The notes under the pieces were generated by a model. The model saw only the letters and a list, made by a program, of their open reading frames with translations, did not search any database and was not told the DNA's origin. From Longimicrobiales bacterium (GTDB taxonomy: Bacteria > Gemmatimonadota > Gemmatimonadetes > Longimicrobiales > Gaopeijiaceae), in NCBI GenBank assembly GCA_965249725.1, contig CBDFMQ010000001.1, positions 256,001-320,000 of the forward strand: a stretch of 64,000 nucleotides of DNA, in the 5' to 3' direction. Positions 29,448-39,220 of the stretch are shown here, in pieces (position 1 is the stretch's first letter; the number at the start of each line of letters is the position of its first letter). The position numbers were made by a program, and so were the translations under genes.

Positions 29448-31192
29448 GCAAGCGGACCGGAGCATCCATGGTGGTGCGTGCTCTCGAGGACGAGCAGATC
29501 GAGTTCGCCTTCGGCATCCCGGGGACACACAACATCGAGCTCTACGACGTGCTCGGGTCTTCGCATACGGTGCGACCCATCCTGGTCACCGACGAGCAGA
29601 GCGCGTCCTTCATGGCGGACGGAGCGTGGCGGGCCTCGGGCCGCATGGCCTGCGTCAACGTCGTGCCCGGCGCCGGCCTGACCCACGCCATGTCGGGAAT
29701 CGCCGAGGCGTTCCTCGACAACGTTCCCATGCTCGTCCTGGGCTGCGGTATCCGTCGGGACTTGGCGAAGGCGTACCAGCTCCACGACGTGGACCAGGCG
29801 GCCATGGTGTCGGCCGTCACGAAGGGTGTGTTTCGTCCCATGACCGGGGACGAGATCTACCCGACCATTCGAGAGGCTTGTCGCCTCGCGCGGTCGGGGG
29901 TGCCGGGCCCGGTATTCGTGGAGGTGCCGGCCAATCTGTATCTGCTCAAGCAAGAGGTCGGAGATGCCGGCTCCCCCGAGCGTTGGACGCCCCCTCCACC
30001 CGAATCCCCTCCGCATCCCACACACGCAGAGGTGCTGCGTGCGCTCGAGTTGATTCGGGACTCCAACTGTCCCCTGATCTATGTAGGCGCCGGGGCGGCC
30101 GGTGCCGCGGAGGAGGTCCTGAAGCTGGCGGAGGCGCTGGAGGCTCCCGTGGCCACCACCATCCAGGGCAAGGGGGTGTTCCCCGAGGACCACCCGCTGT
30201 TTCTGTGGCCCGGTTTCGGGCACACGGCCCCCCGGTTCGTACAACAGGTGGCGGCGGCGTGTGACCTCATGATCGCAGTCGGTTGCCGGTTCAGTGAAGT
30301 CGGCACGGGTAGCTACGGGATCACGATTCCCGGGCCGATGATCCATGTCGATATCGATCCCGAAGTGCCGGGGCGGAATTTTCCCGCGGAGTTGCCCGTT
30401 GTGTCGGACGCTCGAGTTTTTCTCGAGTCGATCCTGGCGGGCCTCAAGGGAGTCGGGCGCCCTCGCTCTCTCGACCTACGGGCTCAGATCGACGAGGGGC
30501 ACGGGGACATCAGGAATGAATGGCAGGCACGGAGCGATGGGCAGCTGGTGAGCCCGCAGTTCCTCCTCACCACGCTCCAGTCCTTGCTGGGCCCGGACAC
30601 CGTCTTCACGACGGACAGTGGCAACGGGACGTTCCTCGCGATGGAGTCGCTCCGTCTACCTAATCCGGGCAAGTTCCTGGCTCCGGTGGACTACTCGTGC
30701 ATGGGATACTCTGTGCCCGCCGCCGTAGGGGCCAAACTGGCGCGTCCCGACTGCCCGGTCGTAGCACTCGCGGGGGACGGGGCCTTTCTGATGACGGGAC
30801 TCGAACTGTTGAGCGCCGCACGGTTGGGCCTGGGCGTGATGGCGTTCGTGCTTCGTGACCGGGAGTTGGCTCAGATCGCTCAGTTCCAGTCCACGGCGAT
30901 GAACCGCAAGGTCGCCAGCGAGCTTCCGGACTACGACCTGGAAGGGCTGGCAAGCGGCATGGGCGTGGACTTCATCGCCCTGTCCAGCGACCAGGGCGTG
31001 AAGAGCGCCGTGGCCGATGCCCGCGACCGTGCCGCCGCGGGCCGACCGGTCATCGTCGACGTGGCCATCGACTACTCCCAGAAGACCCACTTCACTCGTG
31101 GCATCGTCAAGACGAATCTCCACCGACTGCCGCTGCGAGACCGAGTACGGTTCATTGCTCGCGCCCTGGGACGCAAACTCACGCGGAGCTGA
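29444..31192 (+). CDS. Thiamine-diphosphate-dependent enzyme (acetolactate synthase-like)
   Basis: FGIPG, E.SA.FMADG, PGPV and MGYSVPAA..GDGAF. Confidence 0.9.
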   Translation: MSKRTGASMVVRALEDEQIEFAFGIPGTHNIELYDVLGSSHTVRPILVTDEQSASFMADGAWRASGRMACVNVVPGAGLTHAMSGIAEAFLDNVPMLVLGCGIRRDLAKAYQLHDVDQAAMVSAVTKGVFRPMTGDEIYPTIREACRLARSGVPGPVFVEVPANLYLLKQEVGDAGSPERWTPPPPESPPHPTHAEVLRALELIRDSNCPLIYVGAGAAGAAEEVLKLAEALEAPVATTIQGKGVFPEDHPLFLWPGFGHTAPRFVQQVAAACDLMIAVGCRFSEVGTGSYGITIPGPMIHVDIDPEVPGRNFPAELPVVSDARVFLESILAGLKGVGRPRSLDLRAQIDEGHGDIRNEWQARSDGQLVSPQFLLTTLQSLLGPDTVFTTDSGNGTFLAMESLRLPNPGKFLAPVDYSCMGYSVPAAVGAKLARPDCPVVALAGDGAFLMTGLELLSAARLGLGVMAFVLRDRELAQIAQFQSTAMNRKVASELPDYDLEGLASGMGVDFIALSSDQGVKSAVADARDRAAAGRPVIVDVAIDYSQKTHFTRGIVKTNLHRLPLRDRVRFIARALGRKLTRS

Positions 31193-31289
31193 GTCCTCGG
31201 GGGTCCGCCGAAAAGCCTGGCGAGCCGGCGTCGGCTGTTCCTACCTTTAAGATCCCCCTCGGGGTGCGCCGCTCTAGACGGTCCAGGAG

Positions 31290-32867
31290 ATGTCGAGCGT
31301 GCCGATAAGCCGCCTTCAGCGGGTTCTCAAGCTGGTAGCCCCCCACCTACCCGGGGCGGGGTATGCCCTGACGCTGCGAAACCTCGGCGAGCGGTCAGAG
31401 GTCGTTTTCGTCGGCGGGGCCCTCAACTCCCTCACAGGTCGCGACGCGCTCACCTTCGAACAGACCCCCGGACTCTGGGAGGAATGTCTCCATCCCGACG
31501 ATGCCGAGGCGCAGGCCGAGGCGCTCGAGGCGATGGCGGGGGGCGACGGCGGGTCGGTCGAGTATCGGATCATCGACCAGGATCAGGAGGTCCGCTGGCT
31601 TCGCGAGGATCTCTCCGTGCTACCCGGACTGCCCGTACGGGCGCTTGGCGTGGTGCACGACATCACCAGCGATCGCGAGGAGGTGTCCCGACTCGAGGAG
31701 CGTCTGTGGCGTGCCCAGCGGATGGAGTCCCTGGGTGCCTTGATGGGCGGCGTCGCCAATGACTTCAGTGACCTGCTGAATACGATCCTCGCTACCGCGC
31801 CCTTGGTGGCAGAGGAGGAGGGACTCTCCGGGGTGAGCCGGGCGAACCTCAGGATCGTAGAGGGGGCTGCCGCACGCGGCTCCGCCCTGGTGAAGCAGAT
31901 TCTCGAGTTCTCGACGCGTCAGAGGGAGGGGGTCGGAGCGGCGCACGTCTCCACCGTGGCGCGGGGCCTGGAGCCCATTCTGGTTCGGATGCTCGGTCAG
32001 AGGATCGGGTTGAGCGTCCGTTCCGAAGAGGATCTATGGCTCGCCGAGTGCGATCCGGTACAAGTCGAGCAGGTTATCTTCAACCTCATCTTGAATGCCA
32101 AGGACGCGATGCCGCGGGGTGGTGAGATCACGATCGGATGCATCAACGCCGAAGTCTATTCGCCTCTGGCCGTCGAGGGCGGTTTCCTGCCCGCAGGCAG
32201 GTACGTTCACCTCATGGTAGCCGACACCGGATCGGGGATTACGAGTGAGGATCGAGAGCGGATGTTCGATCGTCACTACACAACGAAGCGGGGACGTGGG
32301 GCCGGGTTTGGACTCTGGACCGTGCACCGGATCGTGCAGAGCTCCGGGGGAGGACTGGTCGTCGAGAGCGATGGGACCGAGGGTTCCACGTTCCACGTCT
32401 ACTTCCCATGCGAGGGGGTCTCCGTGATGCCACTCGAAGAGGGCCCGGCATCGGAGCCGCAGGAGCTGGGTCAGGGACTTCGCATTCTCATCGTTGATGA
32501 CGACGACCTGGTCGGTGGGGTTCTCGAGCGGTCTCTCGTCCGGGAGGGTCACTCCGTGGTCGTGGCGAAGTCGTTGGCCGAGTGGATTCCCACGCTCGAG
32601 GGTCCCAATCCCGCCTTCAATTTGCTCATCGTCGACCTGGGCCGACTCGAGGAAGGTGGCGGCCAGGAGGTACTGACGCATCAACTCGTTTCCTTCCCTG
32701 TGATCTTCACGTCGCGACTGGGTGAGCGGGCGTTGGACCGGCATGAGGGTCTTCGCCAGAGGGGTGTCTTCCTCCCGAAGCCGGTCGAGCCCGTCGTTCT
32801 CCGTGAGGCTATCACTGATGCGACCCGATGGCATTCAGGCGCCCAGCACCGAGAGGCGTCCGGCTAG
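31290..32867 (+). CDS. PAS-HisKA-HATPase-REC hybrid kinase-like protein lacking the phospho-His
   Basis: HPDD PAS domain, QRMESLG.L.GGVANDF, NL..NAKDAM, DTGSG and a receiver domain (VDDD..D..KP). Confidence 0.85.
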   Translation: MSSVPISRLQRVLKLVAPHLPGAGYALTLRNLGERSEVVFVGGALNSLTGRDALTFEQTPGLWEECLHPDDAEAQAEALEAMAGGDGGSVEYRIIDQDQEVRWLREDLSVLPGLPVRALGVVHDITSDREEVSRLEERLWRAQRMESLGALMGGVANDFSDLLNTILATAPLVAEEEGLSGVSRANLRIVEGAAARGSALVKQILEFSTRQREGVGAAHVSTVARGLEPILVRMLGQRIGLSVRSEEDLWLAECDPVQVEQVIFNLILNAKDAMPRGGEITIGCINAEVYSPLAVEGGFLPAGRYVHLMVADTGSGITSEDRERMFDRHYTTKRGRGAGFGLWTVHRIVQSSGGGLVVESDGTEGSTFHVYFPCEGVSVMPLEEGPASEPQELGQGLRILIVDDDDLVGGVLERSLVREGHSVVVAKSLAEWIPTLEGPNPAFNLLIVDLGRLEEGGGQEVLTHQLVSFPVIFTSRLGERALDRHEGLRQRGVFLPKPVEPVVLREAITDATRWHSGAQHREASG

Positions 32868-33326
32868 GTGACGGAAAAACCGGCTGATGAGGGCCGTCCC
32901 GAGGTCACCGATCGTGGACTGCTCATTTCCCACCTTCACGACCAGTTCTGGTCGGACGAGTACTACCGGGCGGCGGGATATGTGAGACGGTGGGTCCAAG
33001 AGTGCGGGGCTACCTGGGCCGGAGAGTTGTTCGCCGCCCTCGAGAGGCTGGAAGATCTTCCCGAAGTGGAGCAGTCCACCGTTCGTGAGACGAACGCGGC
33101 GCGAAGGCTCATCAAGTCGTACTTCCGCAAGGCCCAGTAGCTCTGCTCCCGCGGGCTGTTGGAGGCCGAAGACCTGCGCGAGTACCTGACCATGCCGCAG
33201 CGTATCAAGACGCTATTCCTGATCATCGAGCCCTTCGAGCAGGCCCGCGATCCCGAATACAACCGCGAGATGTTCGACTTCTTCGACGAGCTTCACGCCG
33301 GGCAGTTGGAGCGGCCGGCTCGATAG
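32868..33326 (+). pseudogene. Hypothetical protein interrupted by an in-frame TAG (33138-33140)
   Basis: The frame continues after TAG with protein-like LCSRGLLEAEDLREYL...FDFFDELH to a TAG at 33326. Confidence 0.65.
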
Positions 33327-33369
33327 TTCCCAGGTCCGGCGGTTCCCGAGGTCTGTCGTCGCGCCGCCC

Positions 33370-33588
33370 GCTGCGCTGGACGTCCGGTACGGCACAGGGC
33401 ACGTCGTGCTCATCGGATTCCGGCCCCAGTGGCGCGGACAGCCGTTCGGCACCTTCAGGGTCCTCTTCAACTCGGTGTTGTTCTCGGGAGAAGTAGCCGG
33501 GGGCGCTACGGGCACGGACGGATTCTGGGAGGCGCCGGAGGAGGATGATGAGGTCGATGAGCCCGCTCCGGAGATCCACGGTCGCTGA
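33370..33588 (+). pseudogene. C-terminal remnant of an M14-type zinc carboxypeptidase
   Basis: AALDV.YG.GHVVLIGFRPQWRGQPFGTF.VLFN; no start or N-terminus. Confidence 0.6.
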
Positions 33589-33664
33589 GCGAGACACTGG
33601 CAAACCCGCCCGCCATCCCCTAATAATCAGTTCTCGATATACCGCCTTGCAGAGGAGTTGTACC

Positions 33665-34807
33665 ATGGATCGCAGAGGATTCCTGAGAGCCGGCGCGCTG
33701 GCTTCTGTCGCCACCGCTTCCGGAGGCCCGTTGGCCGCAGAGACGAACCGCCTTTCGGCGTTTCTGTCGGCTCGGCCACACCTGGCTCCGGATGGCTCCC
33801 TTCGCTTGAATGCGAACGAGAACCCCATGGGCCTGTCGAAGGTGGCGCGCGAGGCGGTGATCGAGGCGATCACCTTGGCCAACCGTTACACGGACAACTG
33901 GGAGGCGGACCTCTTCCCGGCCATCGCGGCCAAGGTGGACGTGGCCCCCGAGAACGTGTTCACCGGAGGGGGCTCGAGCGAGATCCTCCAGGCCGCAATC
34001 CAGGCGTTGTCCTCTCCGAACATGCCCCTGATCATGGCCGAGCCGACGTTCGAGGACGCGCTCGACTACTCGTACAACCATCCGTACAACCTCATCAAGG
34101 TGCCCCTGGACTTCCGGTACGCCCACGATCTGGCACGGATGAGGGAGGCGACGAAGCGCGCGCGGCGGCCTTCGGTGGTCTACATCTGCAACCCAAACAA
34201 CCCCACCGCTACGCTCACGCCGAGTTCCGAGATCGATGCCTGGGTTCAGGACGCCCCGGAGTCGGTCTTTTTCATCATCGACGAGGCCTATTTCGAGCTG
34301 GTGGAAGAGCCCGGCTACTGGACCGCGATCAAGTGGGTCCACGACCGGCCCAACGTGCTGGTGACCCGGACCTTCTCCAAGATCTACGGCATGGCCGGCC
34401 TCCGCTTAGGGTACGGCATCGCTCATCCCTCCACCGCTGAGCGATTCAGAGCCTTCATCGCCCAGGGCAGCCGCAACATGATGGGCATTCAGGCCGGCCT
34501 CGCGAGCCTCAAGGACGAGGAACACGTCGAGCGCACCCTGGCCATGAACAACCAGTCCCGGCAGATCGTGCAGGATACGCTCGATGAGCTCGGGCTGGGA
34601 TACCTGCCGAGCTACACAAACTTCCTGATGCACGAGATCAATGGTGACCCGGAGACGTACATCGAGCGTTTCCATATGGAGGGTATCGCCGTGGGTCGGG
34701 TGTTCCCGCCCATGACGGATTACGCGCGCATCTCCTTCGGGCTTCCCGAGGACATGGGGCGTTGGTCCGACACTCTGCGCTCCTTCCGGTCTAGAGGCTG
34801 GGTCTAG
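33665..34807 (+). CDS. Tat-exported HisC-like class I/II PLP aminotransferase
   Basis: Twin-arginine signal DRRGFL; NENP, CNPNNPT, DEAY and RTFSKIYGMAGLRLG. Confidence 0.9.
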   Translation: MDRRGFLRAGALASVATASGGPLAAETNRLSAFLSARPHLAPDGSLRLNANENPMGLSKVAREAVIEAITLANRYTDNWEADLFPAIAAKVDVAPENVFTGGGSSEILQAAIQALSSPNMPLIMAEPTFEDALDYSYNHPYNLIKVPLDFRYAHDLARMREATKRARRPSVVYICNPNNPTATLTPSSEIDAWVQDAPESVFFIIDEAYFELVEEPGYWTAIKWVHDRPNVLVTRTFSKIYGMAGLRLGYGIAHPSTAERFRAFIAQGSRNMMGIQAGLASLKDEEHVERTLAMNNQSRQIVQDTLDELGLGYLPSYTNFLMHEINGDPETYIERFHMEGIAVGRVFPPMTDYARISFGLPEDMGRWSDTLRSFRSRGWV

Positions 34808-34812
34808 CCACG

Positions 34813-35751
34813 ATGACCGGACGCATATGGACTTCGTCTTTGGGGGCGGCGGCCTGCGCGGCCGCCGTTCTACTTTCGGTCACACCCACGCTCGGACAGA
34901 CGGCCCGTGAGGGGCCGGATCTGGCCAACTGGTTCACGGGCCTCACGGCCGTCAGCGGGTATGAAGCGACCTTCGCTCTCGTTCTCGAGGACCTGGTGCC
35001 CGGTGCCGAGCGTGATCGGGCCGGCAGTGTGGTGTCGGTCTTGGGATCCGGGAATCCCCGCCGTCTCGTAGCATGCCCGATGGACGAGTGGGGTTACGTC
35101 GTGGGCGGAATCCGGGATGATGGTTGGCTCACGCTCCGTAGGGTCGGAGGCGGCGCTCCTTGGATCTTCGACCAATCGCATGAGGGCCACCGTGTAACGG
35201 TCTGGGGCGATCAGGGACCCGTCGCCGGCGTCATGGCGGTACGGTCGACCCATCTCGCCCGGGAGCGGCCCACGTCGATGAACGCGTTCACGGTGGACGA
35301 CGCCTACGTGGACGTGGGAGCCAGCTCCGGGGAAGAGGCCCGGGGTATCGGGATCGACATGGTCAACCCCGTGACGATGCTGAAGACCCCCGTCGAGTAC
35401 GGCGACAGCCTGTTGGCCGGCCCGGAGTCCGGTCAGCGGGGATCGTGCGCCGCCCTCGCCAGGGCGGTCATGAACCGGCCGAATGCTCGAGGCACCGTGG
35501 TAGCGGCCTTCGTGGTAGAGAGCCACATCCGTCACCGGGGATTGATGACCGTCGCGAATGCGCTTGGCCCCTTCGAACAGACGCTCCTGCTGGATTATCC
35601 GCGGATGGGGAACTTCGCCGACGTGCTCGGTTCGGTGGAGACGCGGGGTCTGGCGACCCGGTACGACGGCTGGCCCGTGGAGACCATCGATCTGCGAGAG
35701 GTTCGGTCGTTGACGCGGAGCCTGGAGTCGTGGATCGGGGGTGGGAGATGA
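34813..35751 (+). CDS. M42 peptidase-like protein, metal ligands degenerate
   Basis: VSGYE, PMDE and YVDVGA; lacks the H of HMD and lacks DDR, EE and the terminal H; signal peptide. Confidence 0.75.
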   Translation: MTGRIWTSSLGAAACAAAVLLSVTPTLGQTAREGPDLANWFTGLTAVSGYEATFALVLEDLVPGAERDRAGSVVSVLGSGNPRRLVACPMDEWGYVVGGIRDDGWLTLRRVGGGAPWIFDQSHEGHRVTVWGDQGPVAGVMAVRSTHLARERPTSMNAFTVDDAYVDVGASSGEEARGIGIDMVNPVTMLKTPVEYGDSLLAGPESGQRGSCAALARAVMNRPNARGTVVAAFVVESHIRHRGLMTVANALGPFEQTLLLDYPRMGNFADVLGSVETRGLATRYDGWPVETIDLREVRSLTRSLESWIGGGR

Positions 35752-36863
35752 GGGGCGTGTCCATGGGACGGTGGGCGGCTTGGGCCCCCCTACTCATCCT
35801 CGCGCTAGCGGCCGGGCCCATCCATGCCCAGGTGAGTCAGCAGCGGATCGAGAACGCGGCTCGGCTTCTGGAAGATCTCGTGGAGACGTACGGCGTCTCC
35901 GGCGACGAGGGTGAGGTCCGGAAGGAAGTACTCGATGCCCTGCCGGACTGGGCGGACCCCGATGTGGACTCGGCGGGCAACGTCTGGGTTCGCGTGGGCC
36001 AAGGTGAGCCGGTGTCGGTGTTCATCGCGCATATGGATGAGACGGGATTCCAGGTCACCGAGATCGGTGACGACGGACTGCTCACCGTGCGGGGTCGTGG
36101 CGGCTTCCTGTCCTCGTTGTGGGAGGGCACGCCAGCCATCGTTCACCAGGAGGACGAGCCCATAAACGGGGTCTTCGTTCCCAGAGAGGACACCAGCGAA
36201 CCGCGCCGAGCCGCATCAGGCATTCCCACGCACGTCGACGTGGGGGCCCGATCTCGGGCCGAAGCGGAGGCCATGGGTATCGAGGTTGGCCAGACGGTCA
36301 CCAACCCCAAGGAGTTCGTCCGATTGGCCGGGACCCGCGCAACGGGTCGGTCCTTCGATGATCGAGTGGGCACCGTTGCCCAGATTCTGGCGCTCCAGGA
36401 GCTGGACCCTGCCGCCGCCCAGCACGAGTTCGTCTTCCTCTGGGTCGTCGAGGAGGAGATCGGCTTGGTCGGAAGTGCCTATGCGGCGCGTACGCTCGGC
36501 TTCGAGGCCGATCGCGTCTATCCGGTCGATACGTTCGTCTCGGCGGACACGCCCATCGATCCGCAAAACTTTGCGGTGGCGCCCATCGGCAGGGGACCCG
36601 TTGCGCGGGCCGTAGACAACTCTTCGGTGACGCCTCCGGCGGTGCTCGATTCCCTCGTGTCGGTCGTGCGGGCGCGGGGCCTGCCCTTCCAGGTGGGCAC
36701 CACGAATGGGGGCAATGACGGATCGGCCTGGGCGGCGTGGGGTGTCGTGGACATCCCGTTCGGCTGGCCTCTGCGTTACTCCCACTCTCCGATCGAAGTC
36801 ATCGATCTCAAGGATGTGGTGACGCTCTCGGATTGGATTCGGGCGATCGTCGAGTCCTGGTAG
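35748..36863 (+). CDS. M42 family aminopeptidase
   Basis: AHMDE, FDDR, EEEIG, VD, GGND and RYSHSP; signal peptide; ATGA overlap. Confidence 0.88.
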   Translation: MRGVSMGRWAAWAPLLILALAAGPIHAQVSQQRIENAARLLEDLVETYGVSGDEGEVRKEVLDALPDWADPDVDSAGNVWVRVGQGEPVSVFIAHMDETGFQVTEIGDDGLLTVRGRGGFLSSLWEGTPAIVHQEDEPINGVFVPREDTSEPRRAASGIPTHVDVGARSRAEAEAMGIEVGQTVTNPKEFVRLAGTRATGRSFDDRVGTVAQILALQELDPAAAQHEFVFLWVVEEEIGLVGSAYAARTLGFEADRVYPVDTFVSADTPIDPQNFAVAPIGRGPVARAVDNSSVTPPAVLDSLVSVVRARGLPFQVGTTNGGNDGSAWAAWGVVDIPFGWPLRYSHSPIEVIDLKDVVTLSDWIRAIVESW

Positions 36864-36913
36864 GACTCAGTCCGAGGGTGGTTCGCCGTGCGCCGTCCGC
36901 AGCCTCTGCAGGC

Positions 36914-37096
36914 GTTAAGGAGGCGGCGTTCGAGGATCTCGGTGCGGAGCACCTGTGGCTCGATGTCTACGACTTCAACGAGCGGGCCCAAGCGGTATAT
37001 GAGGCCGAGGGGTTCGTCACGGAGCGGTCGCGGCCCGCCACGGAGGCCGGTTGTGCCGAAGGGACCGCCTACGTCATGGGGATCGTGAAGGGCTAA
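36914..37096 (+). pseudogene. C-terminal remnant of a GNAT acetyltransferase
   Basis: AFEDLGAEHLWLDVYDFNERAQAVYEAEGF; no N-terminal half. Confidence 0.65.
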
Positions 37097-37157
37097 AGGA
37101 CTAGCTCTTGGGCGACCCCACTCGGTCGGTGCACGCATCCACCATCTTCATGCACCC

Positions 37158-39053
37158 TCATGGAACGATGATGATCGGCCGTGCCACGACCATGGGCTCG
37201 CGACCGGCGAGCTCGATTTCCACCGTGAGGGTATACTCTCCGGGCTCCAGGTCTGGCAAGTTCAGCTGGACGGCACGGAACACCGTGCCGAGCACGTCGG
37301 GGCCGGCATCTTCGTAGGTCATGACCACGGGTGCGTCGGGCTCCAGCACCCGCAGGAACGCGCCGAGCCTTCGGAGCAGGCCTTCGCCCCCCTGGTCCAC
37401 ACCGATGCGTACGCTGGCGGACTCGCCGATGCGGAGTCCGTACAGCTCCCACGCGATCTTGAAGGCTTCTCCCGCGCGGATGCGCGTGGCCGCCATCGCG
37501 GTTGGAAGAGCCTCATCCAGAGTCTCCGGGAGCTCTCCGCCGCCTTTGAGGATCAGCAGGTCCGAGACGGCAGCCAAGCCGAGAACGATGTCGTCTTGCC
37601 AGAGGCCGTGCCGGTCCCTCCACGCTTGCTTGGCATCCTCGCTGAAGGCTTCCACGCCGACGATGTATCGACCGTTGTCGACCTGGAGTTGGAAGGCCCC
37701 TTCGGGGCCCTCACCGAGTACTTCGTGTCGATCCCCGTCCTCTGTGTCGATCAAGAAGAGCCCCGAGCGGATCGGGCCGTCCGGCTCGGGTTCGGCGGCT
37801 ACCATCGGCTGGGGTGTCTCGACGCGCTGTCCGAAGGGGTTCAGCCTCGCCTGCCGGTCTCCTCGGCTCTCGTTCCGTGGGGCGCCCTGGTTTACGACTC
37901 GCGGATTCCGATTCGTGTTCGCGCGACGCTCGTCGACCGGCGGGACATCTTCGACTGCCGGGGCAAAGGCCCCGACCACAAGAAGCGAGTCGCCCCTTCT
38001 GAAGCGGGCCACCTGAGTCTCGAGCGGATCGAAGTCCGGAGCATATGGAGGCGCATAGCCCGTCCACGGCCGGATCTCACCGATCGTCCAGTCTCCCGGC
38101 GCGACCTCTGCCGGATCGACCAGGCCTTCCCGGGGCGGAAGGAACTCTTTGCTCTTGGGATGATGCCGGCCCACGATCGTGCGCGTGTCCTGCAGTCCCT
38201 GTCCCACGAGTCCCTTGATGCGCTCCCAGGCCCTCTCCGCTCCGTAGCGGAGCGTGAGCTGCTCGATGTCGTCCCCCCATGCTACTCCGTACGCGTTCTC
38301 CGAGCCTTCGCGCATCCGGATCAGCACTTGCCGTGCGTACTGCTCTGTCTTTCTGTCGTTGCCCTCGACCATGTAAAGCGGATCGGACAGGAGCCAAAGC
38401 CGTTCCTCGGCAGCTTCCTTGTCCTCCGATTCTTCGTAGATCTCCATGGCGCCGGGATCGAGCAGGTATGTCGGTGTGCGGAAGAGCTCCGCTTCTTCGG
38501 GGGACATCTGCTGGATCGCTCGGTCGAAGATCTCCGCGGCGAAGACGTGGTCTCCCTGTGAGTGCTTCACGTAGCCGAACAGGGCCGTGCACCACCACTG
38601 CTCCCCGCTGCAACGGCGGATCAGGTTCTCGGCCGCCGACCAGTTGCCGACCTCACCCATGTAGTAGACGCGCTGGCCCAGCACCCACGAGTCACCCGGA
38701 ATCTCCTGTCCGATCTCCGCGAGGTCCTTCAGAACCTGCACCCGTGCCATGCCGAACTCGACCGGCTCTTCGGGCACCTGCCACTCATCGTCGTCCTCAC
38801 CGTTGCCGAAGCGAAGGCAGAAGCGTCCGACGAGGTCGTCGCAGCCACGCCCGCCATAGGTGGGCAGCTCGGGCGGAATCCGTTGCTCGCGATACCGCTC
38901 GAACTTCGCCTGGATCTCCTTGGCCTGGGCCAGAAGGTCGAGGGAATCCGGATTGGCCTCTTGGCCGGACAGACTGTTGGGAGCGGCTGGAACGAGGCCC
39001 ACCAGGACGGTGGCAAGGACAAGAATTCCAAGTGGGGTGCTGAGACGTGACAC
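37158..39053 (-). CDS. Secreted hypothetical protein (TPR-like helical N-terminal part, Ig-like C-terminus)
   Basis: AGGAG RBS and GTG start, signal peptide, Cys pairs, long codon-biased ORF. Confidence 0.75.
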   Translation of the reverse strand: MSRLSTPLGILVLATVLVGLVPAAPNSLSGQEANPDSLDLLAQAKEIQAKFERYREQRIPPELPTYGGRGCDDLVGRFCLRFGNGEDDDEWQVPEEPVEFGMARVQVLKDLAEIGQEIPGDSWVLGQRVYYMGEVGNWSAAENLIRRCSGEQWWCTALFGYVKHSQGDHVFAAEIFDRAIQQMSPEEAELFRTPTYLLDPGAMEIYEESEDKEAAEERLWLLSDPLYMVEGNDRKTEQYARQVLIRMREGSENAYGVAWGDDIEQLTLRYGAERAWERIKGLVGQGLQDTRTIVGRHHPKSKEFLPPREGLVDPAEVAPGDWTIGEIRPWTGYAPPYAPDFDPLETQVARFRRGDSLLVVGAFAPAVEDVPPVDERRANTNRNPRVVNQGAPRNESRGDRQARLNPFGQRVETPQPMVAAEPEPDGPIRSGLFLIDTEDGDRHEVLGEGPEGAFQLQVDNGRYIVGVEAFSEDAKQAWRDRHGLWQDDIVLGLAAVSDLLILKGGGELPETLDEALPTAMAATRIRAGEAFKIAWELYGLRIGESASVRIGVDQGGEGLLRRLGAFLRVLEPDAPVVMTYEDAGPDVLGTVFRAVQLNLPDLEPGEYTLTVEIELAGREPMVVARPIIIVP

Positions 39054-39220
39054 AGATGTTCTCCTGAGGTGACGGGTACCCGAGCAAACGGCTCCGTTAA
39101 GGGATGATACGCCCGAGTCCCTCTCGCAATACACGGACCCACCCGAGCGGATCCAGAAGGGCTTGTGCCGGGGGGCGGGATGGAGGAGTATGCAACAATT
39201 CATCTCAGGTGGGATCCGTC

